DNA from: a virus
IMG/VR virus record: IMGVR_UViG_3300037310_000404
Coordinates: 32,001 to 96,000 of that record
Strand: one strand, 5' to 3'
Length of the DNA stretch: 64,000 nucleotides
Positions 39,978-49,068 of this stretch are shown piece after piece (positions within the stretch are counted from its first letter, which is position 1; every line of letters starts with the position of its first letter). The translations under genes and the position numbers were made by a program. The notes beneath the pieces were generated by a model. That model saw only the letters and a list, made by a program, of their open reading frames with translations, ran no database searches and had not been told where the DNA came from.

Positions 39978-40724
39978 GTGAACACAGTGAAAATAGCTAT
40001 CGCCAGTCGCGGCCTTGTTAGAAGTCCATGGAACAACAGCATCGGACCACACGATACGTCATCCGTCATGTGGTGCGTTGAAAACTTAAACATACTAAAG
40101 GGGCAACTGGGCGATCACGAGATAAAGACATTTTTCTGTTCGTGGAAGTATGCAAACGCAATAGAGTATGCTGGTCATTTCGATACAAGTTTACTGTTAG
40201 ATGAACCGTCTCATAAAGAGTCATATGAAAGGCTCCCGAGACAACCGATGTGGTTTAGAGATCCTGGTCATTACTGTCATGGCACCAGCTCTTTGTATAA
40301 ATTTTTTCATCAATCAAGAGAATTGATGAAGACGGTAAAATCTGCTGACGGCGATTTTGATTATATCATAGCCTACAGGCCAGATCTAAGAATTAAAATG
40401 GGGAATATCTCGGAATGGTTTAATGGAGACTATGTGATACCAGGAATGTCCTGCATCAACTTTAATGACCATATCAACATAGCGCCAGCAAAAAGCATGT
40501 ACGATGTCTGGGATTATAGTGACGAGGAGCTTCTGGCGGCAGTTGATAAATCACTAGACACAGAAGACGTATTAAAAAATCTTGTTCTAGACAGTGGTTT
40601 AAATTTTTCGACTAATGTCAATATCCAGGAATACAAGTTGCGCAATTTTGACGTGCGTGCTCATTATCATGCTGGCGGCTACGAAGCGATGCGCAAACAG
40701 CTACTGGGGAAACAGGGGTCATGA
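39978..40724 (+). CDS. Glycosyltransferase-like hypothetical protein
   Basis: FDYIIAYRPDL and FNDHINIA resemble uncharacterised viral/capsule GT-like proteins. Confidence 0.45.
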   Translation: MNTVKIAIASRGLVRSPWNNSIGPHDTSSVMWCVENLNILKGQLGDHEIKTFFCSWKYANAIEYAGHFDTSLLLDEPSHKESYERLPRQPMWFRDPGHYCHGTSSLYKFFHQSRELMKTVKSADGDFDYIIAYRPDLRIKMGNISEWFNGDYVIPGMSCINFNDHINIAPAKSMYDVWDYSDEELLAAVDKSLDTEDVLKNLVLDSGLNFSTNVNIQEYKLRNFDVRAHYHAGGYEAMRKQLLGKQGS

Positions 40725-41221
40725 TGAACAACAGCTACAAAGATATCAAATACCTCTTTGTTGATATTGACGGCGTAATGACGACTGGCCGCAAAGTATA
40801 TGATGATGCACATGCTGTGGTTTATAAAGAATATAATGATAAAGACTTTACAGCTCTTTCGTTATTCAAGCAAAAAGGCGTGCGCGTCGTATTGTTATCC
40901 GGCGATAAAAAGATTAATCAGGCAATGGCTGATAAAAGAAAATTAGAGGCATATTTCACGTCATGGCTACTAGTTGGCCAGGAGCCCGAGCTTCCAGAAA
41001 AAGTGCAAATAATGAAAGACCTAGGGGCTGATTTGTCACAAAGCGCCTATGTCGGAGATGACTATTTCGATATAGCTGTATTTAAGCATGTAGCATATTC
41101 ATTCTGCCCGGCCGATGCGCCGGGATATGTAAAAAGGAATTGTCAACATACTCTCGCGATAAAAGGCGGCGAAGGGGTTATTGCGGCACTCTTCGATTTA
41201 ATCTATGGCCAAGAATTCTAA
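40721..41221 (+). CDS. KdsC-like HAD sugar phosphatase
   Basis: FVDIDGVMT, LLSG, YVGDDYFD and FCPADA...GGEGVI. Confidence 0.85.
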   Translation: MMNNSYKDIKYLFVDIDGVMTTGRKVYDDAHAVVYKEYNDKDFTALSLFKQKGVRVVLLSGDKKINQAMADKRKLEAYFTSWLLVGQEPELPEKVQIMKDLGADLSQSAYVGDDYFDIAVFKHVAYSFCPADAPGYVKRNCQHTLAIKGGEGVIAALFDLIYGQEF

Positions 41222-41936
41222 AAATATCAGTATATACGGGCATTTGTTCAAAGACCATATATATTATTTACCAGGATTCCCAAAGGAAAACACGGCCACC
41301 ACTGCCGATGTTCTTGATGAGCGCTATGGCGGCACGGACAACTTTATACGACACTTTGTTCATATAAACAAAGTTGTGGTGAAAAGGTTCGAAATCCCTG
41401 CGACAGCTGTAATAATAGTTAATAGGAAAAATGGGTCAAGATCAAGTATGGCCTATTGGGAACCGGCTCCTCAGAATATCTTTAGGCTCGCTAGCGGCTG
41501 TGTATGGGCGCATTTTATGTATGCTGATAAAATGGACATACCGATAGATTTTCTTAAGAAATTAAAGGATAGGAAAGTTATAATTTCTGTCGATTTGTGC
41601 ATTAAGAATCATGACAATAAATGCAAAAATTACTTGCGCGGCGTATTCAAATATACCGACTATCTTATAGCATCTGACGCAGAGATTGTGGATCTAAAAA
41701 AAGAAGTAAAATTGTGCAAAAATACAGTGATACACTATGCCGACAAAATAGTAATAAATAATCGAGTTTACAAAAATCATAATTATTCTAAAAGAGTCAA
41801 GAACACACTAGGGGCCGGTGACTTTTTTGCGGCCGAATTGGTGTCGGCCATGCTGGACGGTAAAAGTCTAATCAAAGCGGCTTCTAGGGCCGCCAAGCAA
41901 AGCGCCTTATTCGTGAAGGGGAAAATTAATGAGTAA
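41205..41936 (+). CDS. PfkB/ribokinase-family carbohydrate kinase
   Basis: NTLGAGDFFAA anion-hole signature. Confidence 0.8.
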   Translation: MAKNSKNISIYGHLFKDHIYYLPGFPKENTATTADVLDERYGGTDNFIRHFVHINKVVVKRFEIPATAVIIVNRKNGSRSSMAYWEPAPQNIFRLASGCVWAHFMYADKMDIPIDFLKKLKDRKVIISVDLCIKNHDNKCKNYLRGVFKYTDYLIASDAEIVDLKKEVKLCKNTVIHYADKIVINNRVYKNHNYSKRVKNTLGAGDFFAAELVSAMLDGKSLIKAASRAAKQSALFVKGKINE

Positions 41937-43098
41937 GACAAATATTTTAATACCTATGTCTGGAAAGGCCAGGAGATTTCTTGAAGAAGGATATGTAATG
42001 CCAAAGCCTTTAATCATGGCTAAGGACAAACATATTATTGATTGGTCTATGCAGTCAATAGATCTAAAAAATAGCAATTTAATATTTGTTGTAAGAAATG
42101 ATCATGTCTGTAATTTTTCTATAGATAAAATCCTGAAGCATAAGTTTGGAGAAGATATCAAGATAGTGAAAACGTATCAAGACACGAGAGGCAGTGTAGA
42201 GACGTGTTTATATGCCAAGGATTTAATCAATAATGAAGATCCTCTGTTAGTATATTGTTTAGACGTGTTCTTTGAGCCGCAATTTAATCCACAATCGGCT
42301 CCAGCGGAGCTGGACGGCCTGTTGCTTACATTTAAATCTAATTCTCCAAACTATAGCTATACCGATGTTGATGAAAACGGATTTGCTAGAAATGTTGTAG
42401 AAAAAACAGCCATCAGTAACAACGCCAATGTCGGGGTATACTGCTTCCGTCATGGGTCAGATTTTGTTAAATACGCAGAAGACATGTTGGCCAAAGACAT
42501 TCGCACAAATGGCGAATTTTATATCGCGCCTTTATATAATCTGATGATCGCTGATGGTAAAAAGATTGGTATTAGAGAAGTGGAAAAGATGCACGTTATG
42601 GGAACTCCAAAAGAACTTGAGTTTTTCACCAAGGTGGCGCTTAACAGATTTGGTGATAGAAAAATTGCTTTATGCGCCGACCATTCTGGATTCGAGCTTA
42701 AAGAGCACTTTAGAAAGATGCTAATTAAATATAAGATTGCTTATGTGGATTTTGGTTGTTATACCATTGACGATTGTGATCAAGTTGATTTTACTAAAAT
42801 AGCTTGCAGGTCTGTTTTGAACGGCGTATGTTCTCATGGTATAGGTTTTTGCAGAACCGGGCAGGCCATAAATATCGCGGCTAATAAATTCGATGGGATT
42901 AGGTCTGCACTAGTCTTTAATGATTACACGGCCGAATATGCCGTCCGGCATAATGGGGCAAACTTTTTCACAATAGCAACAAAATTTGTAAACGAGGACG
43001 AGTCAGAAAAAATCCTTGGAAGATTACTTAACTCATCTTTTGAAGGCGGCCGTCATCAGGTCAGAGTTCAGAAGATAAATGACTTGGAAAACAGATGA
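41929..43098 (+). CDS. Sugar-phosphate nucleotidyltransferase fused to RpiB/LacAB isomerase
   Basis: N-terminal LIPMSGKARRF...PKPLI and NGEFYIAPLYN. From ~42661: ADHSGFELK, CRTGQA, ANKFDGIRSA and RHNGAN. Confidence 0.85.
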   Translation: MSKTNILIPMSGKARRFLEEGYVMPKPLIMAKDKHIIDWSMQSIDLKNSNLIFVVRNDHVCNFSIDKILKHKFGEDIKIVKTYQDTRGSVETCLYAKDLINNEDPLLVYCLDVFFEPQFNPQSAPAELDGLLLTFKSNSPNYSYTDVDENGFARNVVEKTAISNNANVGVYCFRHGSDFVKYAEDMLAKDIRTNGEFYIAPLYNLMIADGKKIGIREVEKMHVMGTPKELEFFTKVALNRFGDRKIALCADHSGFELKEHFRKMLIKYKIAYVDFGCYTIDDCDQVDFTKIACRSVLNGVCSHGIGFCRTGQAINIAANKFDGIRSALVFNDYTAEYAVRHNGANFFTIATKFVNEDESEKILGRLLNSSFEGGRHQVRVQKINDLENR

Positions 43099-43538
43099 TA
43101 CTCATATCACATCGCGGCAACTTCCGTGGCCCAAACCCAGAAAAAGAAAACACCCCGGATTATATCCTTGGGGCGCTCGGGCGCGGATTTGATGTAGAGG
43201 TGGATGTATGGGTAACTCAGGATGCATTCTTCCTAGGCCACGATAAACCAGAACATCTGGTAGAAAAAAAGTTTCTAGCTGATAATCGCGACCATCTGTG
43301 GATTCATTGCAAAAACATAGAGGCTCTTGAAATTTTCAATAGCTATGATGGTTACAAATACTTTTGGCACCAAAATGATGACTGCTGTCTGGTTTCAAAT
43401 AGAGTTATCTGGCATAAACCAAATCCGGTGGCTAAATTTCCGGGCATTAATCTGATGCCGGAATTTAACAAATTAACAAAAATAGACCTGGATGGTGCTC
43501 AGGGAGTTTGTTCAGATTATATAGAGAGGTATGTGTGA
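43095..43538 (+). CDS. Glycerophosphodiester phosphodiesterase-like protein
   Basis: ISHRGN, EN..., GFDVEVDVW and LGHD. Confidence 0.75.
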   Translation: MILISHRGNFRGPNPEKENTPDYILGALGRGFDVEVDVWVTQDAFFLGHDKPEHLVEKKFLADNRDHLWIHCKNIEALEIFNSYDGYKYFWHQNDDCCLVSNRVIWHKPNPVAKFPGINLMPEFNKLTKIDLDGAQGVCSDYIERYV

Positions 43539-43855
43539 AGCTATTTAGAATAGAGGATTTCGTGGGTGGATGGTTCATCGGCGACTTTGAACCTTCTTTA
43601 TTAAAAACTAAGGATTTTGAGGTCGGCTATAAGTATCACAAAAAGGGCGAACATTGGCCTGATCATTACCACAAAATAGGAACTGAGTATAATTGCATAG
43701 TTAAGGGCCATATGATACTAAATGAAGTTGAGCTTAAGGATGGTGATGTATTTGTGATAGAGCCGGGACAACCATCAAAAAGTACTTTTTTGGATGACTG
43801 TCATATTATTGTGGTAAAAACTCCGTCAGTCCCCGGAGATAAGTATGAAATTTAA
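43535..43855 (+). CDS. Cupin-domain protein
   Basis: GWFIGDFEP and HYHK...E...G...LKDGDVFVIEPG. The likely GTG start is at 43535. Confidence 0.75.
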   Translation: MKLFRIEDFVGGWFIGDFEPSLLKTKDFEVGYKYHKKGEHWPDHYHKIGTEYNCIVKGHMILNEVELKDGDVFVIEPGQPSKSTFLDDCHIIVVKTPSVPGDKYEI

Positions 43856-43893
43856 TTTGATATAATTATAAATAATCTTTGGAGAACCAATAA

Positions 43894-45117
43894 ATGCAAA
43901 AATGCAGAATTGATGGCTCGGATCTTGTAGAGGTTATAAATCTCGGCGAAATGTATTTCACGGATTTCGTTGATGATCCAACCGACGGGGTAAAAAGCCC
44001 CCTTCGTCTTGGTATTGGTAAAAACTCTGGACTGGTCCAGCTGTTCGAAACATTGAATCCTGAAAAGATGTATCGTAAATACTGGTACAGATCTGGAATA
44101 AACGAGGCGATGCGCAGAGATCTGAAAAACATTGTTGAATGCTCAAAGAAATATGTGGAGGTAAATCCGGGAGATACAGTACTGGACATAGCCGCCAACG
44201 ACTGTACACTATTAAGCTTCTGGGGCGACGACATAAAAACAATAGGAATTGATCCGTCTAGTGCATCTGATCATATGGTATTCAAGCCAACGAGCTATGT
44301 TAAAGACTTTTTCAATTCAGCTAACTACTGGAGCGTGGCCGATGAAAAAGCAAAGGTCATCACTTCAATAGCTATGTTTTATGATCTTCCGGATCCTGCC
44401 TGGTTCGTCGAAGAAGTAAAAAAGTGTCTCAGGGATGATGGTTTGTGGGTTATGCAAATGAGCTATACCCCATTAATGCTTGAACAGAACGCTTTCGATA
44501 ATATCTGCCATGAGCACATCGAATACTATACTCTTACATCTCTTAATAAGCTATTAGATGGCCATGGATTTAAAATAGTGGATGTTGAGTTGAACGATGT
44601 TAATTCCGGGAGCCTGAGAGTCTATATCGCTCATAAAGACAACAATAAGTTCAAGCTTAATCACCACTCATTACAAATTGGAGAATTCAGAACCAAATCG
44701 CTGTTAGCTTATGAAGATAGCCTGGATCTTGCTTCTCCTAAGCCGTATCAGGAATTCTTTGCCAGAGTAGAAGAAAATAAAAATAAGACAATGGAATTGC
44801 TACGCAGATTAAAAGCAAACGGAAAGGTAGTCGTTGGTTACGGGGCAAGCACTAAAGGAAATACGCTTCTGCAGTATTATGGGATCGGGCCAGATTTAAT
44901 CCCTTGTATCGCAGAAAGAAGTCCTGAGAAGCTTGGCAAGAAAACAATCGGAACAGGAATTCCAGTCATATCTGAAGAAGAAATGCGCGAAATGAAGCCG
45001 GACTACTTATTTATCTTCCCCTGGCATTTTGTGGACGTATTTAAAACAAGAGAAGCCGCGCTAAGGGAATCCGGCACAAGATTTATTGTTCCATTACCAT
45101 CAATTTACATAATTTAA
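43894..45117 (+). CDS. NDP-sugar C-methyltransferase (class I SAM-dependent)
   Basis: CRIDG N-terminus, YWYRSG, VLDIAANDCTLL, FDNICHEHIEYY, YGASTKGNTLLQY and PWHF. Confidence 0.85.
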   Translation: MQKCRIDGSDLVEVINLGEMYFTDFVDDPTDGVKSPLRLGIGKNSGLVQLFETLNPEKMYRKYWYRSGINEAMRRDLKNIVECSKKYVEVNPGDTVLDIAANDCTLLSFWGDDIKTIGIDPSSASDHMVFKPTSYVKDFFNSANYWSVADEKAKVITSIAMFYDLPDPAWFVEEVKKCLRDDGLWVMQMSYTPLMLEQNAFDNICHEHIEYYTLTSLNKLLDGHGFKIVDVELNDVNSGSLRVYIAHKDNNKFKLNHHSLQIGEFRTKSLLAYEDSLDLASPKPYQEFFARVEENKNKTMELLRRLKANGKVVVGYGASTKGNTLLQYYGIGPDLIPCIAERSPEKLGKKTIGTGIPVISEEEMREMKPDYLFIFPWHFVDVFKTREAALRESGTRFIVPLPSIYII

Positions 45118-45128
45118 TCGGGGTCAAA

Positions 45129-46091
45129 ATGAAAAAGGTTTTAATTACTGGAGCAACCGGGTTTGTTGGGAGCCACATGATCGATTATATCCTGGCTAAT
45201 CACCCGGACTATTCTATTGTGGCCATGAAGCGACGTAGAAGTGATATGGATAATGTGCGTCACGTCATAAACCACCCTCGCATCACATGGGCGGTTTGCA
45301 ATGCCGAGGATTATGGTAGTGTTCAAAACGTATTTCAAGAACATGGACCGTTTGACAAAATATTCCATCTTGCCGCACAGTCATTTGTTAAGTTTTCTTG
45401 GGACTCGCCAATAGAGACAATCCATAGCAATGTGGATGGCACGGTAAATATTCTTGAGGCCACTAGGAAAATGTCTCCCGATGCAGTGGTGCAAATTGCT
45501 GGCTCATCTGAGGAATATGGGTATCAGGAGACGTTTCCTCTCACCGAAGATTTGTTGCTTAGACCTTTGTCGCCATACGCAGTATCAAAGGTGGCCGCCG
45601 AGAACCTTGGGTATCAGTATTTCAAATCTTATGGCATCAAGACCATTCTTACTCGCACCTTTAATCATGAGGGCCCAAGAAGAGGTGAGGTATTCGTAAC
45701 CTCTACATTTGCCAAACAAGTAGCGGAAATAGAGAAGGGGCTAGTGTGTCCTGTCATTAAACATGGCAATCTGGATTCATACCGTGATTATACTGATGTT
45801 AGAGATGTTGTCGTTGCTTATTGGCTCGCTACTGAAAAGTGCATACCAGGAGAGCCATATAATATTTGTTCTGGGAATTTAACAAAAATTGAAGACGTAT
45901 TAAAAACATTTATGAGTTTGTCTCCAATAGAAATAACTGCCCAAGAAGACCCTTCGAGACTAAGACCGTCAGATCTTGTAAAACTATGCGGATCGTCAGA
46001 AAAATTTAAAAAAGCAACAGGTTGGGAACCGAAGATAAGTGTTGATACAATGCTGAAAGATATCCTTGAGTATTGGAGAGGGAAGGTCTAA
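45129..46091 (+). CDS. GDP-mannose 4,6-dehydratase / GDP-sugar reductase (GMD/RMD-like SDR)
   Basis: GATGFVG, HLAAQS, SSEEYG, SPYAVSK and FNHEGPRRG. Confidence 0.85.
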   Translation: MKKVLITGATGFVGSHMIDYILANHPDYSIVAMKRRRSDMDNVRHVINHPRITWAVCNAEDYGSVQNVFQEHGPFDKIFHLAAQSFVKFSWDSPIETIHSNVDGTVNILEATRKMSPDAVVQIAGSSEEYGYQETFPLTEDLLLRPLSPYAVSKVAAENLGYQYFKSYGIKTILTRTFNHEGPRRGEVFVTSTFAKQVAEIEKGLVCPVIKHGNLDSYRDYTDVRDVVVAYWLATEKCIPGEPYNICSGNLTKIEDVLKTFMSLSPIEITAQEDPSRLRPSDLVKLCGSSEKFKKATGWEPKISVDTMLKDILEYWRGKV

Positions 46092-46522
46092 TGGAAACAT
46101 TTGGATCATTACTCGACAAGTTGTCTATAGAGACAATTAGGCTATCCAAACTCGATGAGTCTTCTGCCGAGGTTGTTTCTGGAGTTTCATCTAAGATTAA
46201 TATATTAAAAGCTGAGATAGATGACTATATTATTGCTGCAGTGGCCAAAAAAGTTCCTATCGAAGACCCAAAATTCAAAATTTATAAATATGAAAAGCCA
46301 GCCGGTGACGTTTTTGGAGGCATCGGAGATGCTGTCGCAAGACTATTTGAAGCCAATTTAAAACTTTGGAACCTTGAAGATGTTCGTCGCGACAAGAGCG
46401 TTGCAGATAAAGACCGCCTAGCCGCATGTGATGATGTTGCCAGATGGAATAGGGTGCGCAATGATGCTATGGACTCAATTAATAATATGTTGAAAACATA
46501 TATTGAAAATAAAAATAGTTGA
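46091..46522 (+). CDS. DUF4254-like protein
   Basis: ETFGSLLDKLSI and LWNLED.RR...NRVRND.MD.IN motifs. The start is ATG 46091, overlapping the previous stop. Confidence 0.5.
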   Translation: METFGSLLDKLSIETIRLSKLDESSAEVVSGVSSKINILKAEIDDYIIAAVAKKVPIEDPKFKIYKYEKPAGDVFGGIGDAVARLFEANLKLWNLEDVRRDKSVADKDRLAACDDVARWNRVRNDAMDSINNMLKTYIENKNS

Positions 46523-46547
46523 CAAAAAACATTATCAATGCTATACT
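46519..46547 (+). promoter_or_regulatory. Near-consensus sigma70 promoter TTGACA-N17-TATACT with TG extension
   Basis: Read directly, upstream of the sigma factor at 46585. Confidence 0.85.
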
Positions 46548-46584
46548 TTGGCCATGTTGGCAACTTTTATCCTGGGGATAATAC

Positions 46585-47388
46585 ATGCGATTTGAAGAAA
46601 TAGGCAAAGTTTTGCCAAACGAAGAAATAGTGGCTCTTATAAAACTGTATCGTGAAAACAACGACTACGAGGCCAGGGATAAGGTTATCATTGCCAACAT
46701 GGGGGCGGTATACAGCTTGGCTCACAAGTATGCCGGGCATTTCATCGGCAAACATGTTAGCTTTGAAGATTTAGTCTCTGATGGTGCGATTGGGCTTATT
46801 GAGGCTATAGATAGATTTGATACCAATCTTGGGGTCAAATTTTCGACCTATTTCCATTGGTGGGTTTTGAAGAGAATAACGGAAAATATAGCTGGAGGCC
46901 CTCTTAGTCTACCATTTCACCGGACTCAAATCTATAATAAATTTAAGAAAATTCAAGAAGAACTTATCCAGTCCGGGCAACATATAGATTTTGAGGATAT
47001 AGCGGATCAGATCGGTGTCTCAAAAGAAATTCTTATAGATACAGTACAAAAACACTCCCCGACTGTTGACAACGATTCAAAAAATGAAGACTGGGGACAT
47101 CAAAAGATCAATGCCGCCATAATACAGAAAGAACGTCTTGAAGATAGTTTAACAGACGGTATTATGTTTAGGCGCATCAAAAAACTAATAAATAAGAATT
47201 TGAGCGATCGAGAAAAGTACGTTATAGTTGAAAGGTTTGGACTGGGCGAAAATGAACCCAAAACCTTGGAGGCGATCGCTAAAGAGTTAGATGTTAGCTG
47301 TGAATTTGTTAGAGTTATTCAAAATAAAAGCATAGACAAAATTAAAAGGCTTATCAATAGTGGCCGTGGGACCAAGTCGGATGATTAG
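46585..47388 (+). CDS. Sigma70-family RNA polymerase sigma factor
   Basis: Region 2 DLVSDGAIGLIEAIDRFD..GVKFSTY; region 4 LSDREKYVI..RFGL..KTLEAIAKEL. Confidence 0.92.
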   Translation: MRFEEIGKVLPNEEIVALIKLYRENNDYEARDKVIIANMGAVYSLAHKYAGHFIGKHVSFEDLVSDGAIGLIEAIDRFDTNLGVKFSTYFHWWVLKRITENIAGGPLSLPFHRTQIYNKFKKIQEELIQSGQHIDFEDIADQIGVSKEILIDTVQKHSPTVDNDSKNEDWGHQKINAAIIQKERLEDSLTDGIMFRRIKKLINKNLSDREKYVIVERFGLGENEPKTLEAIAKELDVSCEFVRVIQNKSIDKIKRLINSGRGTKSDD

Positions 47389-47575
47389 AGTTGATGTAAA
47401 ATATTCAAGCGGTCATGCGAAATCAGTGACAATAGAAAACAAGGCCAAGTGTGCGCAATGGCTTTCCTTGGTTCACCAACCATGGAAAACAATAACAATA
47501 ACCTCGCATGGCAACCAGTACCAAATATCTAGTAAAATGGATTTGAACGCATGGATTGAGAAAAATGGCAAATGA
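47381..47575 (+). CDS. Hypothetical protein
   Basis: Coupled ORF; likely start MIRVD. Confidence 0.4.
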   Translation: MIRVDVKYSSGHAKSVTIENKAKCAQWLSLVHQPWKTITITSHGNQYQISSKMDLNAWIEKNGK

Positions 47576-48092
47576 CAAGGATAAAGAAATAATCTTCCAG
47601 CCATATGGTAAGGATGAATTTTATATAAATCTTTTAGCCAGCAAAGATGGGGAGTGGCTTTTTGGTCCAAGTGATAAAGATAAATTCAACCACTTGAATC
47701 AAAATTCTATTGTGCATAGCTATTTGCACATTAAAGGCAAAAATCCAAAATATCATAAAATTTTAATAGATGATGGTTTTGAATTAAAGACCGATCCGTC
47801 ACGAGTTTTAATCAAAAAAGATGCTAAAAAGCCAACAAATGTTAACGAACTCTATGTTTTTGTAGTATATAATTATGAACACAGTTTTCTTCACTTGGAG
47901 TATACTCCGAGTTATGACGAGTATGTTGAGCTTAAAAAAAATTTTAACATACTATCAACCTTTATTATTATTGGAGACGAGCTCTCTGTTGATGCCGAAA
48001 AAACTGGCATCGGGATAGGAACTAGGCGTCAAAATGTTATTGAGCTTATAGAAGATCTAAAAAAAGAAAAAAGGGAATTGGAGGATTTATGA
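47556..48092 (+). CDS. Hypothetical protein
   Basis: Coupled ORF. Confidence 0.5.
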   Translation: MRKMANDKDKEIIFQPYGKDEFYINLLASKDGEWLFGPSDKDKFNHLNQNSIVHSYLHIKGKNPKYHKILIDDGFELKTDPSRVLIKKDAKKPTNVNELYVFVVYNYEHSFLHLEYTPSYDEYVELKKNFNILSTFIIIGDELSVDAEKTGIGIGTRRQNVIELIEDLKKEKRELEDL

Positions 48093-48298
48093 GCAAGGAA
48101 TTTTTCGATACTATGGAGAAAATAGAGGCTTTGGCGAAAAGAATTAAATTCCTTGAAGGCGCTCATCCAGAAATCTATAATAAATACCAGCAACCAGCCA
48201 TAGAGGCTTTAAAAGCTCTAGATAAACTTGACAAGGAGATATCGAAAGATCTGAAAGCTAAATCAAAGTCTAGTCGTCCAAGAACGAGGAGACAGTAA
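48089..48298 (+). CDS. Hypothetical protein
   Basis: GGAGG RBS, ATGA overlap. Confidence 0.5.
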   Translation: MSKEFFDTMEKIEALAKRIKFLEGAHPEIYNKYQQPAIEALKALDKLDKEISKDLKAKSKSSRPRTRRQ

Positions 48299-48882
48299 TG
48301 AAAAAAGAAAGAGAATTGACAGAAAGAGAATTTAAAACTCTTAGAAAATTGTTGCTTCTTTGGTTTCGTCTTGCTGTGCGTCGGAAATATCCTATTATGT
48401 TAAATATCATCCTGTTTGCGTCGGTGTTCACCAATGTTTATTTTTTGTTCGATAGACCAGAGAAGCAGGTCGCTGTCGTGATGGAAAAACCAGTTAATTT
48501 TGGAAATGTATTAGACTTATCTAATTATCCGTCGGTTTCAAGAAATTCTCAAACTCTATCTCGAAGATTCTCTATCCTTTATAAGGCTTATCTAAATGAT
48601 AAGTCGACTCCTGACTTTTCTCATAACATAAACAATACTAGACAGATAAAAAAGGAGTGGGTTTCTTATTGTAAGATCCAGCTGAAAAAAGTTATATCTA
48701 TAAAAGCAAGAGTGCGTGATCTTGAGCTTGTTTTAATAAATAATTATCCTGACAAAATAGATGACATAGAGCTTATCATCCAGGATAAAAAATATGAAGA
48801 ACATTTGGCTGATATGTCAAATTATTATGCCAAGTTTATATCTGAAGAGGAGTATAGGAGTATTACAAATTCCATGGATTGA
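48298..48882 (+). CDS. Membrane-anchored hypothetical protein
   Basis: Hydrophobic IMLNIILFASVFTNVYFLF. Confidence 0.5.
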   Translation: MKKERELTEREFKTLRKLLLLWFRLAVRRKYPIMLNIILFASVFTNVYFLFDRPEKQVAVVMEKPVNFGNVLDLSNYPSVSRNSQTLSRRFSILYKAYLNDKSTPDFSHNINNTRQIKKEWVSYCKIQLKKVISIKARVRDLELVLINNYPDKIDDIELIIQDKKYEEHLADMSNYYAKFISEEEYRSITNSMD

Positions 48883-48883
48883 T

Positions 48884-49057
48884 ATGCAAGTAAAAATTAA
48901 AGCTGACCGAAACTGTTTATGGTGCAATAAAAGTATAAAAAAGGGTGATTACGTTTGTGTATATAAAAGCGGGGCTGTCGTGCACCAGGGAGAGTGTTGG
49001 GAAAATGTAAAAACTTTATCGGGGAAAATTAAGAGGGGCGATAAAGATAAGCGTTGA
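48884..49057 (+). CDS. Small zinc-finger-like protein
   Basis: MQVK...CLWC...HQGEC. The start is refined from ORF 48794. Confidence 0.5.
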   Translation: MQVKIKADRNCLWCNKSIKKGDYVCVYKSGAVVHQGECWENVKTLSGKIKRGDKDKR

Positions 49058-49068
49058 GCGGATGAGAT

